A stretch of DNA of 64,000 nucleotides from Octopus vulgaris (GCA_951406725.2 OX597823.1:106640001-106704000), one strand, 5' to 3'; counted from the stretch's first letter, positions 1 to 13,844 are shown. Program-made: numbers and translations. The notes: a model not told the origin generated them from the sequence alone.

Positions 1-125
1 ACTAGTACTTTGCCTGAAATTATGCAAGGCAAAGTCAAGCTCGGTGGAATTTGAACATAGGATGTAACGACGGACGAAATACCGCTAATCTCGTCGTTCT
101 AAAGATTCTGCCAGCAAGCCGCTTT
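1..125 (-). mobile_element. SINE family A fragment (degenerate)
   Basis: aaggcaaagtcaagctcggtggaatttgaac...ctgccagc matches the reverse complement of the family A head at 58669-58883. Confidence 0.75.
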
Positions 126-380
126 TATCTACCTTGGTGATAGGGCGATATAAAATATTGTGGATTTTTGACAGAACAAAAGAGTTGATAGTAACATCGA
201 AGTTTCTCAGTTTTCATAGTTAATCTGACAAACACACCATGCGACGAAAATTTTTGAAGTCGCAATCAACATTTTAATTAGTGCTTTAGCTAACGTTCTG
301 TCGATTTTATGTATAACTACATAACATCAAACATTATTACAGCGACATCAGATATTAGTTGTGTGTGTACACGTGTGTCT

Positions 381-766
381 GTTTCAGTTATTAGAATGCA
401 GCCATGCTGGGGCATAGTTTTGAAGATTTTTTTGTCGAATGAATCAATCCAGTAAATTATTTTAAAGCCTGGTAGTTTTTCTATTGTTATCTTTTGCCAA
501 ATTGCTTAGTTACAGGGACACAAACACACTAACATCGGTTGTAAAGCAGTGGATGGACACATACACCCCCCCCCCACACACACACACATACACCCCCCAC
601 ACACATATACACCCCACACACACATACACACACACACACGTAGAGTTACCGTGTACCAAATCCACTCACAAGGCTTTGGTCTGCCCAAGGCTATAGTAGA
701 AGACACTAACCCAAGGGTGCACACAGTGGAACTGAACCCGGAATCATGTGGTTGAGAATCAAACAT
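381..766 (-). mobile_element. SINE family B (tRNA-derived, internal microsatellite), degenerate
   Basis: Reverse complement of the 6362-6788 copy: taccaaatccactcacaagg, ctatagtagaagacac, gccatgctgg tail. Confidence 0.85.
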
Positions 767-824
767 CGGATCTTTGTGGTTTTCGTCACTGTTGACGGTT
801 TTGTTCCAATTATTTTCAAATTTG

Positions 825-867
<43 letters not shown>

Positions 868-1084
868 TTTGTCTACTAATTATGAAAAGGAAATTCATTT
901 CCCCAATAAATCCCTTATTAAAAAGTTATTAGCCTTTCAAATTTGCAAAATTTGGGTATTTTAGCCAATCAGAAGCGAGTATTTTACACATCACCGTGGT
1001 GAAGAACTCTGTAACCAAAGATGCTGCACATGCGCACAAGGAGGAGAAGGAGAAACGAGAAACATAATTTTCTACTACTACTAC

Positions 1085-1163
<79 letters not shown>

Positions 1164-1176
1164 TCGAAAAATATCC

Positions 1177-1317
1177 AGGTTCGAAATTTCCCGAGACACC
1201 TGATGGAGGCTGGAGGGTATATCAGCCGAAATGTAGTGTTAACAACAAACAAGATGAGGGCAAATACCCGTCAAATGTAAATAATGTACATAATTCCTCA
1301 TCTCTTAAATATAGAAC
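1177..1317 (+). mobile_element. PLE-like 3'-end remnant (family P1) with mutated hammerhead
   Basis: Close match to 4727-4869; core reads CTGATGG...GAAATGTA instead of CTGATGA...GAAACGTA. Confidence 0.7.
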
Positions 1318-1329
1318 AATATATTCGTT

Positions 1330-1752
1330 ACTCTTTTATTTGTTTCAGTCATTTAACTGCGGCCATGCTGGAGCAGCACCTATGGTCGAACAAATCGACC
1401 CCAGGACTTATTCTTTGTATGCCTAGTACTTATTCTATCGGTCTCTTTTGCCGAACCGTTAAATTACGGTGACGTAGACACGGCAGCATCGGTTGTCAAG
1501 CAATGTTGGGGAGACAAACACAGACACACATACGCACACACGCACGCATGCACGCACGCACACACACACACACACACACATATACACATATATATATATA
1601 TATACATACGGGCTTCTTTCAGTTTCCTTCCACCAAATCCACTCGAAAGGCTTTGGTCAGCTTGAGGCTATAGTAGAAGACACTTACCCAAGGTACCACA
1701 CAGTGGGAGTGAACCCGGAACCATATGGTTGGCAAGCAAGCTACTTACCACA
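1330..1752 (-). mobile_element. SINE family B
   Basis: Near full-length reverse-complement match to 6362-6788 with internal CA/TA tract. Confidence 0.9.
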
Positions 1753-1784
1753 TATATATTCTGTTATTCTTTCTTTCATCCTTC

Positions 1785-2112
1785 TACTTGCTTCAGTAAT
1801 TTGACTGCGGCCATACTAGAGCACTGCCTTGAAAGGTTTTTAGTCGAACAAATCGGTCCCAGGACCTTTTTTTTCTACTTCTAAGTCTAGTACTTATTCC
1901 ATCGGTCTCTTATGCCGAAACGTTAAGTAACGTGTAGGAAAACGCACCAACGCCAGTTGTTAAGCGGTGATGGAGTGAACAAGCACAGACACGTTAATAA
2001 CGGGCCTCTCCTGGTTTCCGTCTACCAAATCCACTCACAAGGCTTACGTCGGCCCGAGGCTATAGTAGAAGACTCATGCCCAAGGTGCCACGCAGTGGGA
2101 CTGAACCCAGAA
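1785..2112 (-). mobile_element. SINE family B lacking the internal microsatellite
   Basis: Same head and tail blocks as other B copies. Confidence 0.85.
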
Positions 2113-2439
2113 TATATAACCATCGAATGATTTACGCGTAGGTAGATGTAAAAGTGAGAGAGAAAGAATGAAGTTAGGAGAGTTGAATGTCGTAAAAACA
2201 GTGAAATATGGAGAGAGGGTGAGATAGATAGTGATTAATAGAGAAGGGTTAGACGAGAGAGGATGACATGGTAATAAAATAGGGAGATAAAAAAAAAGCT
2301 AGAGCGTAGGAGTGAGAGAAGTTTGACTTAATAGTAGAGTGAATAATAAAGAGAGATTGAACAAGAGAAAGACTTAAGATAACACATTAAGGGACAGATT
2401 ACTCAAAAGACAGAGAAAGAGGGAAGACGAATGGAAATA

Positions 2440-2790
2440 GGAAGAGAAAATGAGAGAGAGGGAGAAAGAGAGAGAGAGAAAATAGAGAGATAATTAGTGG
2501 GAAAGAGGGAGAAAGAGAGAGAGAAAATAGAGAATAAGAAGGAGAGAGGGGGAAAGAGAGAGAGAGAGAGAATAGAGAGAGAATAAGTGGGAGAGGGAGA
2601 AAGAGAGAGAGAAAATAGAGAATAAGAAGGAGAGAGGGGGAAAGAGAGAAAATAGAGAGAGAATAAGTAGGAGAGAGGGAGAAAGAGAGAAAGAGAGAAT
2701 AGAGAGAGAATGAATAGGAGAGAGGGAGGATGAGAGAGGGGCAGAGAGAGAGAGAGAGAGAGAGAGAAGAGAGAGAGAATACGTGGGAGA
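2440..2790. repeat. GA-rich degenerate tandem repeat
   Basis: Repeated gggagaaagagagagagaaaatagag units. Confidence 0.85.
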
Positions 2791-3510
2791 GAAAAGTAAG
2801 AAAGTTGAAGTGAAATTTCTATTTATTTTCTGAGTGTTGAATAAAAGTTGAAACAGAGTTCACACATCCGGGCCTTTTATTAGTATTATTTTATTTCTAT
2901 ACCCCTCCCCCACTCATTATTATTATCATCATCATTATCATCATAATCATCATTGTTTTCTTTGTTTTGTTTTTTTTTCTTCTTTTAGCTGTGTTTTTTT
3001 TATTATTATTCAGACAGTTTGTTCTGTCTGTCTGTGTGTCGTCGCTAACTAAAAATGATTCCACTCCGGAATGTGAGGGGAAGCGGAAGAGAAAGGGTAG
3101 TTGGGAGGGACGGGATATCAGGGGGGGGGGGTTGTGAAAGTAGTAGGGTGCACAGGGTAGAATGATTGGTGGTGGTGGTGGTGGTGGTAGTGGAGACGGT
3201 GATAATGGTTGTTGCGGTGGGGAGACAGGGGGTGAAGTGAAGGTATTGGTATCATTGAGAGGTAGGCGGCGGTAGGTGGCGGTGGTGGCGGTAGAGGGGT
3301 GGTGCAGTGCAAGTGGTGGTTGCTGTCACCGTTCATGATGTTGTTTAGCCCCGGGTAATCTCCGATCGGGCAAAACTATGATCAAATGCAATACCCATCC
3401 AGTCTTTTTCAAATATGTGGGTGTCCAGGAACACGTTCCCCCCCTTTCTTTTACTTATTTCACTCACAGGAATCTTGTCATTCTGGAGCACCACTTTGAA
3501 GGGCCTAGTC

Positions 3511-4223
3511 CTGGGTTCTCGATCATTGTTTATCTATGGACACCTTTAATTACTGTTCTATTCTGATGGAACCGACCATGGCCATTCGATGTTCAAAAAC
3601 TACTTTTATAGAAACCTCTTTCAAAATTCCAGTTTTGTTTTGCACAAATTAAATTGTGTCGGTTGAAATATGTAAAATGTTAGACAAGAATACCTGGAGG
3701 GTTTTTGTAATACATACCCACACATACGGTTAAAGCAGGGGTTCTCAACCATTTTTTTTTTAATCTATGGACCCCTTTGATTACAGAATTATTCTTGTGG
3801 ACCTCCCATAACCATTCAGTGTTTAAAAACTAGTTTTATAGAACCTTCTTTCAAAATTCCTGTTTTATATTTTACACATTAACTCGTGTAAGTTGATCTA
3901 TGTCAGAGAAAGAAACCTAGCTGTTTCTTGCAACACATTCCAATACATACATCTAAAGCAAAATATTTTCAGGGGCCTTCAAAATACTATTGTGAGTCCC
4001 CAATTTACCATTTTGTTGCGTGGACCACCAAAAATCTTTTATAGACCTTCAGGGGTGACATGGACCTTGGTTGAGAACCACTGATCTAAAGTAAAAACTT
4101 TTCCGAGGCCCATAAAACACTGTTGTAGATCCCCAGTTTACTATTTTATTGCATACTCGCCCCACACCCAGAAATCTTATACGGACCCTCAAGGGCAATA
4201 TGGACCACGTTTGAGAAGCACTG
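3511..4223 (+). mobile_element. hAT (Charlie-like) non-autonomous element, outer older copy
   Basis: Degenerate TIRs ctgggttctc / tttgagaagcactg; body homologous to the inner copy; imperfect 8-bp flanks gcctagtc / gtttagtg. Confidence 0.7.
3736..4083 (+). mobile_element. hAT (Charlie-like) MITE, inner copy
   Basis: TIRs caggggttctcaacc / ggttgagaaccactg; 8-bp flanks ggttaaag / atctaaag. Confidence 0.85.
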
Positions 4224-4433
4224 GTTTAGTGGAACAAATCGAACTTAGTACTTATTTTAAAGCCAGGTATATGTAGGTGTGCGTATATATGTATGTATGT
4301 GTATACGTTTATATATATATAAGGAGGTACGTATATATATTCGTATATGTGAATGAACAGATATGTATACATAAATATGCGCATGTGTATATATGTATAT
4401 ATGCGGATGTGTGTGTGTCTGTATGTATGTATG

Positions 4434-4486
<53 letters not shown>

Positions 4487-4499
4487 AATAATATATATG

Positions 4500-4550
<51 letters not shown>

Positions 4551-4712
4551 GCATGCATATATGGGTACAGGACGTGACTAACGGTTCAAGCAACAAGAAA
4601 TACGCAAACCAACGAGTTAAATACGTAGACGAGAAAACAAGGAGGACAAGATAAGTAAACGCAGAGAAAGGACCCGTCATCAGTTGTCGACTGCCTGCCT
4701 ACTTCTCATTTC
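4551..4712 (-). mobile_element. (TA)n-associated repeat, family P2 (probable PLE 3' end)
   Basis: Ends gtcctgtacccatatatgc before (TA)n, as does 36200-36470. Confidence 0.55.
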
Positions 4713-4745
4713 AGGAACAAGAAACCTGGTTCGAAATTTCCCCAA

Positions 4746-4791
4746 GACACCTGATGAAGGCTGGAGGGTATATCAGCCGAAACGTAGTGTT
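4746..4791 (+). ncRNA. Minimal type-I hammerhead ribozyme (family P1)
   Basis: gacac-CTGATGA-a-ggctg/cagcc-GAAAC-GTA-gtgtt: stems I and II pair, helix III is the palindrome ACGT, GUA site. Confidence 0.8.
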
Positions 4792-5187
4792 AACAACAAA
4801 CAAGATGAGGACAAATATCTGTCAATTGTAAATAATGTACATAATTCCTCATCTCTTAAATATAGAACTGTATTACTCCCGTCTAGCACTAAAGTGTTCC
4901 GGAATGTTCCTGTAATAGACGACACGTTGAAAGTTTTGAAATCGGCTTTGCACAACACTGATACAAACTAATGAACATACCCATGTCCATAGCTCAGCCA
5001 TAAGCCGAGCCCTGCGGGTATATTCGTAAGAAGTTCAGTGAATGTGTGATACACATACGTCCTTTGTCACAAGCAGTTTAATTACAGTTTGCTTATCACT
5101 GGATGCTAAGACTGTTAATTACTTATTTCCGGGATTCAAAATATGTTATATAATGATATTTTACCTTTAATAATTTATTTACTTATA

Positions 5188-5398
5188 AGGCAGCGAGCTG
5201 GCAGAAGCGTTAGTACACCGGGCAAAACGCATAGCGACAGTTCATCCGTTTTTACATTCTGAGTTCAAATTCCGCCAAGGTCGACTTTGCATTTCAGCCT
5301 TGGGAGTCGATAAAATGAGTACCAGTTGAGCACAATAATCGATGTAATAGATATTTCCCGAAACCATTGACCTTGTGCCAAAATTTGAAACCGATATT
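5188..5398 (+). mobile_element. SINE family A variant with alternative tail
   Basis: ggcagcgagctggcag head, gagttcaaattcc B-box, gtcgataaaatgagtaccag core, ccttgtgccaaaatttgaaacc tail. Confidence 0.8.
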
Positions 5399-5627
5399 TC
5401 ACTTGCTTCCCTCAGACCAGACGTTGGTGAAGAGTGGACCCCTTCATTGAAAGGTTTAGTCAATGAAACTGATCCCAGAATTTTTCTTTTTGTTAAAGCT
5501 GGTATTTGCTCGATCACCCGTTTTGCCGAACCGCTAAGTTACAGTGCTGTAAAAAAAGAAACCAACACAAGTTGTCAAACGGTGATCGGGACAAACTTAA
5601 TTAAAAGCACATACACACACACGCATA

Positions 5628-6036
<409 letters not shown>

Positions 6037-6213
6037 CATTACGGGCTTCCTCGTGTAATACATTGAATAGACCAAGTTACCCATTAAACACTTTCCTGAC
6101 AACTGGTACATATATATATTAGTTGCTGGTCAATTGGTCTATCCGCCAGTGTTACACCATTAAACCTAGCGGGTATTTAAGCCATGTATTCGTGGATGTT
6201 AATGGGCTGGATG

Positions 6214-6260
6214 TGGTGCTGAAGAAGGAACAAGAACTCCTGAAATAAGCATACGCACCA
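6214..6260 (+). ncRNA. Degenerate type-I hammerhead in element ~6036-6350
   Basis: tggtg-CTGAAGA-agga/tcct-GAAA-taagcata-cg-cacca; stems I and II intact, cleavage triplet mutated. Confidence 0.65.
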
Positions 6261-6361
6261 ATTACCTATTTTTGCATCTTCGATTGCATTGTTTACAAGG
6301 ACGTATTTGCATCTGTAACGTCATCACTTTCAATGCTGGCTCTAAATTCTATAGAAAATTT

Positions 6362-6525
6362 GTGCAGGAGTGGCTGTGTGGTAAGTAGCTTGCTAACCAA
6401 CCACATGGTTCCGGGTTCAGTCCCACTGCGTGGCATCTTGGGCAAGTGTCTTCTGCTATAGCCCCGGGCCGACCAATGCCTTGTGAGTGGATTTGGTAGA
6501 CGGAAACTGAAAGAAGTCTGTCGTA

Positions 6526-6574
<49 letters not shown>

Positions 6575-6788
6575 ATTTGTATGTCTGTGTTTGTCCCCCT
6601 AGCATTGCGTGACAACCGATGCTGGTGTGTTTACGTCCCCGTAGCTTAGCGGTTCGGCAAAAGCGACCGATAGAATAAGTACTGGGCTTACAAAGAATAA
6701 GTCCCGGGGTCGATTTGCTCGACTAAAGGCGGTGCTCAAGCATGGCCGCAGTCAAATGACCGAAACAAGTAAAAGGGTAAAAGAGTAA
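6362..6788 (+). mobile_element. SINE family B, full length
   Basis: tRNA-like head (gtggctgtgtggtaag, gggttcagtccc), cttgggcaagt block, internal (TA)n/(TG)n, tail ggcggtgctc-agcatggccgcagtcaaatgac-gaaacaagtaaaag. Confidence 0.92.
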
Positions 6789-7241
6789 TATAAACTTTAA
6801 AATGAAAATAACGGGTGAGGGATTCCATATCTTTATTAGAATAATTTCTTTAAAAGGAAGGTGTATTGTCTAAACACAGTCATAGGTTGTCAGTTCGATT
6901 CCTGGGCTGGGTAGCACGTTGTATCTTTGAGGAGGGCAATTCCCTTCACACTGATCCAGTCTGTTCAGTTGGAATAGAGTTCCAGCTCAGTGTTGGGTCA
7001 GCAGTCGCTATCTTGATGTTCCGCTCAATGAAAGATGAGAGGATGAAAAGATATTTGTATCTGTCCGCAACGACATGGGTACCTGAAGCAATAAGCAAAA
7101 TCATAATATTTAAGACGAATTCGTATTTTTACTCGAGTGTGACTTGTTAATAAGAAAGGATACAAAGATTTTTTTATGTGTGTATGTGAGAGAGGAGGAG
7201 GAGGAGGTGAGATAGCCTGAGAGTGAGTTCCATAGGTTTTA

Positions 7242-7460
7242 TATTTCTTTACTACCTACAAGGGGACAAACAAGGACAGACAAACGGATTAAGTCGATTA
7301 CATCGATCCCAGTGCGTAACTGGTACTTATTTTATCGATCCTGAAGCGATGAAAGACAAAGTCGATGTCGGCGGAATTTGAACTCACAACGTAACGGCAG
7401 ACGAAATACGGCTACGCATTTCGCCCGGCGTGCTAACGTTTCTGCCAGCTCGCCGCCTTA
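7242..7460 (-). mobile_element. SINE family A with 13-bp TSD
   Basis: TSD tgagttccatagg at 7224-7236 and 7461-7473. Confidence 0.92.
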
Positions 7461-8808
7461 TGAGTTCCATAGGATTTAGTAACAAACGTACGACAGATTA
7501 CTGACTAACTCACTAACAGTGGTTAACTTAAAATCGCTTGGCTAACAACTCTGCTGAAAGCTGCAACTGACCTACTATGCTGACCATGAGGTGAAATTAA
7601 CAAATATATAATTAATATAGAGCGAGAATGTTTAGCTAGAATATCTTTCATAAATTTTCATTAGGAAATTTCAAACCCCTCACCACATCACCCTACAACT
7701 CTACGTCTATGTTGATTACGAATAGCAGCATGATATCAGGACCCCTAGAAACCGTAAGAGTTGATTCCCAGAATTAATTAAGCACTTCAGAGAGGGTTAA
7801 ATTAAAACCAGATTTAATTAATTTTCTACACTTATCTGTCTATTTATTTGTTTCAGTGTTGTTTTCATTTACATACATACCAACGATGATTTTTATAGGT
7901 TTTAACAAAATGTTCATAACCGTCTAAATTTTCATATTTTCATGTAATTATTTTCAAAATTACTTTTAAATAGATAAAAACTAATTTTTTTTTCCAAAAT
8001 GAATAGTTCAAATAATTTTCATTTTCATTCACTGAACATCGTATTAACTTCAAATATTTCCCTTAACAATTAATTCTTTACAGCTTATTTAACTAATTTT
8101 TTGTGTCGCTTTAGCTCAATATCAAGGCGAAATTTATCTAAATTTTAATCGGTATATTTAGAATTAAAAAGAAATTACTTAGAGCCCAATTTTTCAATTT
8201 AACGTTTCTTAAAGTTGAAAGCATCATTAATGATATTTTATTTTAATTTATGCTTTAAGTAAACAAATTTTAACAAAAAATACACAAGGATATTTTAATG
8301 ATATAAGCACATAAAATAAAATTATCATTATGAGTAATAGAGTCATGGGAGGAAATTGAATGATGTTTTATTTAGAAAACTGAATAGGTTAAAGAGTTTT
8401 CGGATATGATCGAATGACAGTATTTTGTGTAAGTGCCTGGATGCAGTGAGAGATAAGCGATGCCAACAAGAAAGGGAAATTCGTCGAATGTTCATATCTT
8501 TTCTGTTTTTGCTTTAAATATGCTTTCTTTCTAAATACCCTTCTTTATAAAAGAATGGACAACAAACTTGTTTTCGTAGGTTCATATCTATTTCACACAT
8601 ATTATGTCTCTCAGTGTTACTGTCAATAGATTTTGAAATAAGAAGTACAAAGTCACAGCAAGACCGGCGTGCCATCCGTTTACTTTCTCCCCACAAACAT
8701 GAAGAAAAAAGAAATGTGAATTCGAAGTTTCTTCAGTTGATTTCCATCTGCCCCTTACAGACACTAAATTCTCGCTAGGTTCTGTTTTCTGTTATATATG
8801 TATGTATG

Positions 8809-8863
<55 letters not shown>

Positions 8864-8870
<7 letters not shown>

Positions 8871-9357
8871 AAGAAGTAAATATATGGCACAACGGGCTAT
8901 TCTTTACTGGAAAGCAATACTCTAGTATTGCATTACTAATTTATTGAAACTTCTTCACCGTTCTCGTGCTGTTAGCGTTTCGGCGTTTCAGTCGAGTGTA
9001 ATGGCATTAATGTGGTAACATCTGAAAGGTTGTCGTGGTATATGTTTGGCTGATGAAGATAGATCAAGTTTATGGGTGGCAGACATATCTTGAAAAATCT
9101 GAAACCTGCGCAGGTCCCACATAATCTTTTTCCAGGTATTTCATCTTTCAGATGTTCTCCGTGGAGGTAAGACAATTTTTTCTAGTTTGTTGCACACACG
9201 CATTTTTGCTAGTACATACGCGGTGAAGCTATACATTAGCGTCGTATTATTACGTTCGCTATTTCCAGTAAATATCGGTACTTCGTTGTGCCATATATTT
9301 ACTTCTTTGTATATTTTTCCCTCACGGGAATACTCTAGTATTGCATTACTAATTTAT
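8864..9357 (+). mobile_element. PLE-like pLTR element in (TA)n with inverted and direct copies of its 3' end at the 5' junction
   Basis: 8864-8894 is the reverse complement of 9284-9314; 29-bp direct repeat 8916-8944 / 9329-9357; internal hammerhead. Confidence 0.75.
9043..9123 (+). ncRNA. Type-I hammerhead ribozyme, intact core
   Basis: tgtttgg-CTGATGA-agat...atct-GAAA-CCTGCGCAGG-TC-ccacata; 12-nt palindrome ACCTGCGCAGGT, GUC site. Confidence 0.85.
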
Positions 9358-9490
9358 ATATATATATAATATTTATAATATATAACTTACTTGGAAGATG
9401 ATGCGGGGCATTCAAGCATATGATAATATAAATAATATATATATGTATATGCATAAAGATATACGTATATGTACATACTTACATCCATAC

Positions 9491-9541
<51 letters not shown>

Positions 9542-9559
9542 TATGTCTATGTGTGTATG

Positions 9560-9760
9560 TCTTTGTGTCTGTGTTTGTCTCCTCGTCACCGGTGTTGGTG
9601 TGTTTACGTCCCCGCAACTTAGCGGTTCGGCAAAGACAGATATATAGAATAAGTACCAGGCTTTTAAGAAAGAGAGGTCGATTAATTCGACTAAAAAATC
9701 CTTTAAGACGGCGGTGCACCAGCATGGCCGCAGTCAAGTGATTGAAACAAGTAAAAGAAT
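9560..9760 (+). mobile_element. SINE family B 3' half
   Basis: ggtgtgtttacgtcccc...agcatggccgcagtc...gaaacaagtaaaag. Confidence 0.85.
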
Positions 9761-9914
9761 GACAGAATTGCTGAAGCACCACCTTGAAGGGTTTCAGTCG
9801 AATAAATCAATCTCACGACTTATTTTTGACACTTAATACCTATTCTATCGGTCTCTTTACAAGGAGGCAGGCTTTTTGCCACACAGCTTCGCCTGCACCT
9901 ATAAATATACTCTT

Positions 9915-10328
9915 ACTCTTTTACTCTTTTACTTGTTTCAGTCATTTGACTGCGGCCATGCTGGAGCACCGCCTTTAGTTGAGCAACTCGACCCCGGGAC
10001 TTATTCTTTGTAAGACCAGTACTTATTCTATCGGTCTCTTTTTGCCGAACCGCTAAGTGACGGGGACATAAACACGCCAGCATCGGTTGTCAAGCAATGC
10101 TAGGGGGACAGACACAGACACAGACACACACACATACATGCACACACACACACATATATATATATATACGACGGGCTTCTTTCAGTTTCCGTCTACTAAA
10201 TCCACTCACAAGGCTTTGGTCGGCCCGGGACTATAGTAGAAGACACTTGCTCAAGGTGCCATGCAGTAGAACTGAACCCGGAACCATGTGGTTGGTAGGT
10301 AAGCTACTTACCACACAGCCACTCCTGC
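9915..10328 (-). mobile_element. SINE family B, full length
   Basis: Reverse-complement match to 6362-6788. Confidence 0.92.
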
Positions 10329-10673
10329 ATCATTTTACTCTTTTTTTCCTGGGACACTGTATTCCCCGCTGAGAAGTTATTTTAAGTACTTACTCTTCAC
10401 GAAACGACAGACCTTAGAAGGACCTGGCGTCAATTTTAGCTTTAAACGATTGCATCTTGATATTATTGTTTCTCCCTTAACAATTTACTTGTGGATAAGT
10501 GAATGTTCCGTGAAAGGCTTGGTTACAGGAAATTTACATCTTATATAATTATGTTCTTATCAAAAGAGGTATCAGATGAGCATTTACCTGAAAACGATGA
10601 TGTACATGTATGTATGTATGTATGTATGTATGTATGTATGTATGTACATAATTATATATATAAATATTATATA

Positions 10674-10825
10674 GGCACAGTCGGGCTGTGTGGTAAGAAG
10701 CTACCTTCCCCCCACATGGTTCCAGGTTCAGTCCCACTGGGTGGCACCTTGGCAAGTGTCTTTTACTATAGCCTCGGGCCGACCAAAGCTTTGTGAGTGG
10801 ATTTGGTAAACTGAAGCCCGTCGTG
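10674..10825 (+). mobile_element. SINE family B 5' half
   Basis: Head to aagcccgtcgt, followed by a compound TA/GA/GATA microsatellite. Confidence 0.85.
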
Positions 10826-10887
<62 letters not shown>

Positions 10888-10893
10888 TGAATG

Positions 10894-10933
<40 letters not shown>

Positions 10934-11251
10934 CAGACATATTTATGAATATTCATGTATTGACGTTTTATAACACCCGTGTATTTTCCACCTATATTCA
11001 TATCGTACACTCAATTTCTATCTCTTTGTGTCTCTCTGTCTCTCCCGTCTCCCTCTCTTTCTCCTTATATTTCCTAATATCTTAATGATATGTCTGTGCA
11101 TAACATCTCTCTCATATGTATATGTATGAGCAAATGTTTGCATAATGTTAATATAAGACGTCCGCCGACAAATGGTCTTACAGCGTAGTGAAAACACGGC
11201 TGCCAATATATTTTCTTTGATTTCGTTCCATGTTGATGGACATTACGCTAT

Positions 11252-11301
<50 letters not shown>

Positions 11302-12627
11302 ACTCTTGTATCTGTTTTGTTATGTTTAAGTATGTGTTTTCTTTCTCGTTTCTAGATAATTCGTCATGCAAAAATATTCGTCAAATAGCAAAAAAAAGAA
11401 AGTTTTATATAAAAGTTGAAAGGAAAAAAAAATCCACGTCAGAGATGCAATAATTATAAACATCCTAAACTTCCAATATCACTCATCCCCTGGCGGATCT
11501 CGCACTCATTGTTATAACCTTGTTCTACAGTAACTCGGGCATTTTAAATGAGAGGAGTGAAATTTTGGGTGATCTGTTGTTTACTAATTAATAAAACCTT
11601 CTGGATTTGAGACGCCCGTATTTTGTCCATGTGATGTGACATATTAATAAAGTTCCGAGAACTTTCAGTATTAAATATATCGTGGAATTCCTTCCTACTT
11701 CTTCGGTCACAGCTACTTTAAGTACACTACGAAAATTATAATTTGTATACATTTCGAATTGCATAAGTATTACCCTCTCCTTGGTTAATACGACTTCGTT
11801 TTATGACAGTGTATAAAAATGTGTGCTGACATATATACATTTACATACAAGCATTAACTCTAAACTGTGATGAAAAAAATGTTTTCTCGCACCTTATTAT
11901 TATTATTATATGCTTGTATGCTTGTACAGATGAATTATCTTCCATCTTGCGGGATGTTTATATGTATATTCTATGATTAAATGTTCGAATTATGAAATGC
12001 TATGCGGATGACCTTGCATTTGTTTGTTCAATAACTTTAGTTTGATACATTTACACACATACATGCATACGCGCACACAAAAGAAAGTTGCACTGAAACC
12101 ATTTGTTAAGTGTTACACATATACTGGGTGAGTGAAAAGTAGCGTCCAATTTCTGTTTCAGGGTTGATATGATTTTCCAGTTGGGGGATTCTTTTGTCTC
12201 TTAAGACTTGTTCTACGGGTTTAAGATATCAAAGAGTATTAACAACATAATTCAACATCCAGTTTCAGTAACATTCAAAAGTGTTAGTAATAACCTGCAA
12301 AGTAAATCAACTAAAGCATGGCTTCCCAGAAATTGGATGCTGCTTTTGATTCACTCTGTATTTTAATAACTGACGAGGTACGTCTCTCCCACGGGCCCAC
12401 AAAACGTGGAGTGATATGGAACTCAGTCAAACTGCTATTAAAATAACTGTAATATTTTCTGTCTTCATTGCTGCTATCATGTGACTCTGACACTACACTC
12501 AAGTCTACCGAAAGATTTGTGGATTATCGTCAAGTCATGTCTAGTATAGGAATACTGTGTGGAAATATCTACAGGGCCTAAAACATTTGGTAGCATGTCA
12601 AACATACCTGCACTCTGTGCGGGAGTA

Positions 12628-12685
<58 letters not shown>

Positions 12686-12851
12686 TGTGTGCGCGCGCAC
12701 TGCATCCATGAAACAGATGAGGACGCCGCTGGGCCTTCAGCTACAAATAAATATATCCACTTTACCCAAGACATGTTTTGAGTCCCAATTTCATCGATGG
12801 TAGTTGGGTTCTCAGTTCCAAATGAGCATATCTGATATTGTCCATCCATGG

Positions 12852-12925
<74 letters not shown>

Positions 12926-12934
12926 ATGTATATA

Positions 12935-13346
12935 GGCACAGGAGTGGCTGTGTGGTAAGTAGCTTGCTTACCAATCACATGGTTCTGAGTTCAGTCCCAC
13001 TGTGTGGCACCTCGAGCACGTGTCTTCTACTATAGCCTTGGGCCTACCAAAGCTTTGTGAGTGGATTTGCAAGACGGAAACTGAAAGAAACCCGTCGTAC
13101 ATTTTTGCTATGTTTATTTGCCCTGTCTGCGCCAGTAGTTGTGCTAACTTTCATTGGAAACATTTTTTATGTGGTTGAAACCCATCGGATCTATTGTTGG
13201 TGCTAGAGTAGACCACATGGTGGTTACTCTCTTATATTTATGTATAAAATGTATCGTAATCCGGGTTTTGTACGCACTAAGCCACTTGGTGTTAAATGGA
13301 TGTACTATTAAATTAGTATCCAACTTTCTCACCCTCATTAGTTGAT

Positions 13347-13385
<39 letters not shown>

Positions 13386-13389
13386 TTGT

Positions 13390-13431
<42 letters not shown>

Positions 13432-13620
13432 TATGTTTGCGTGTCTGTGTTTGTCCCCCCCCACCATCGCTTGACAACCGATATTGGTATATTTACGTCC
13501 CCGTAACTTAGCGATTCCGCTATAGAGACCGATAGAATAAGTACTAGGCTTACAAAGAATAAGTCCTGGGGCCGAATTGTTCGACTAAAGTTAGTGCTCA
13601 AGCATGGCACAGTCAAATAA
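12935..13620 (+). mobile_element. SINE family B with ~245-bp foreign insert (13100-13345) in its internal microsatellite
   Basis: 5' half ends at cccgtcgta, 3' half resumes at ~13440; insert resembles 18790-18985 (ctaagccact block). Confidence 0.8.
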
Positions 13621-13654
13621 TAAAAAAAGAATGTATATATATATATATTTGTCA

Positions 13655-13765
13655 TTTAAATGTGGCTAACCACTAAGGGTGGATGCAACTGTAGCTTGTA
13701 GCCCCAGGAGAACATCTTCTCCAGCTGGCTATTGACACACTTTCTGTGCCCTATCAGTATTTGCA
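13655..13765 (-). mobile_element. Diverged fragment of family P3 (see 19455-20210)
   Basis: tagccccaggagaacatcttctccagctggcta resembles 19566-19630. Confidence 0.65.
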
Positions 13766-13844
13766 GCATATATACATACATACCTACATATATATGTATA
13801 TATACATACCTACATATATATGTATATATACATGCATATATGGA

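Noticed and set aside
12311-12502. 63-aa non-repetitive ORF as a candidate host exon
   Set aside because: No recognisable domain, non-ATG start, no supported splice context
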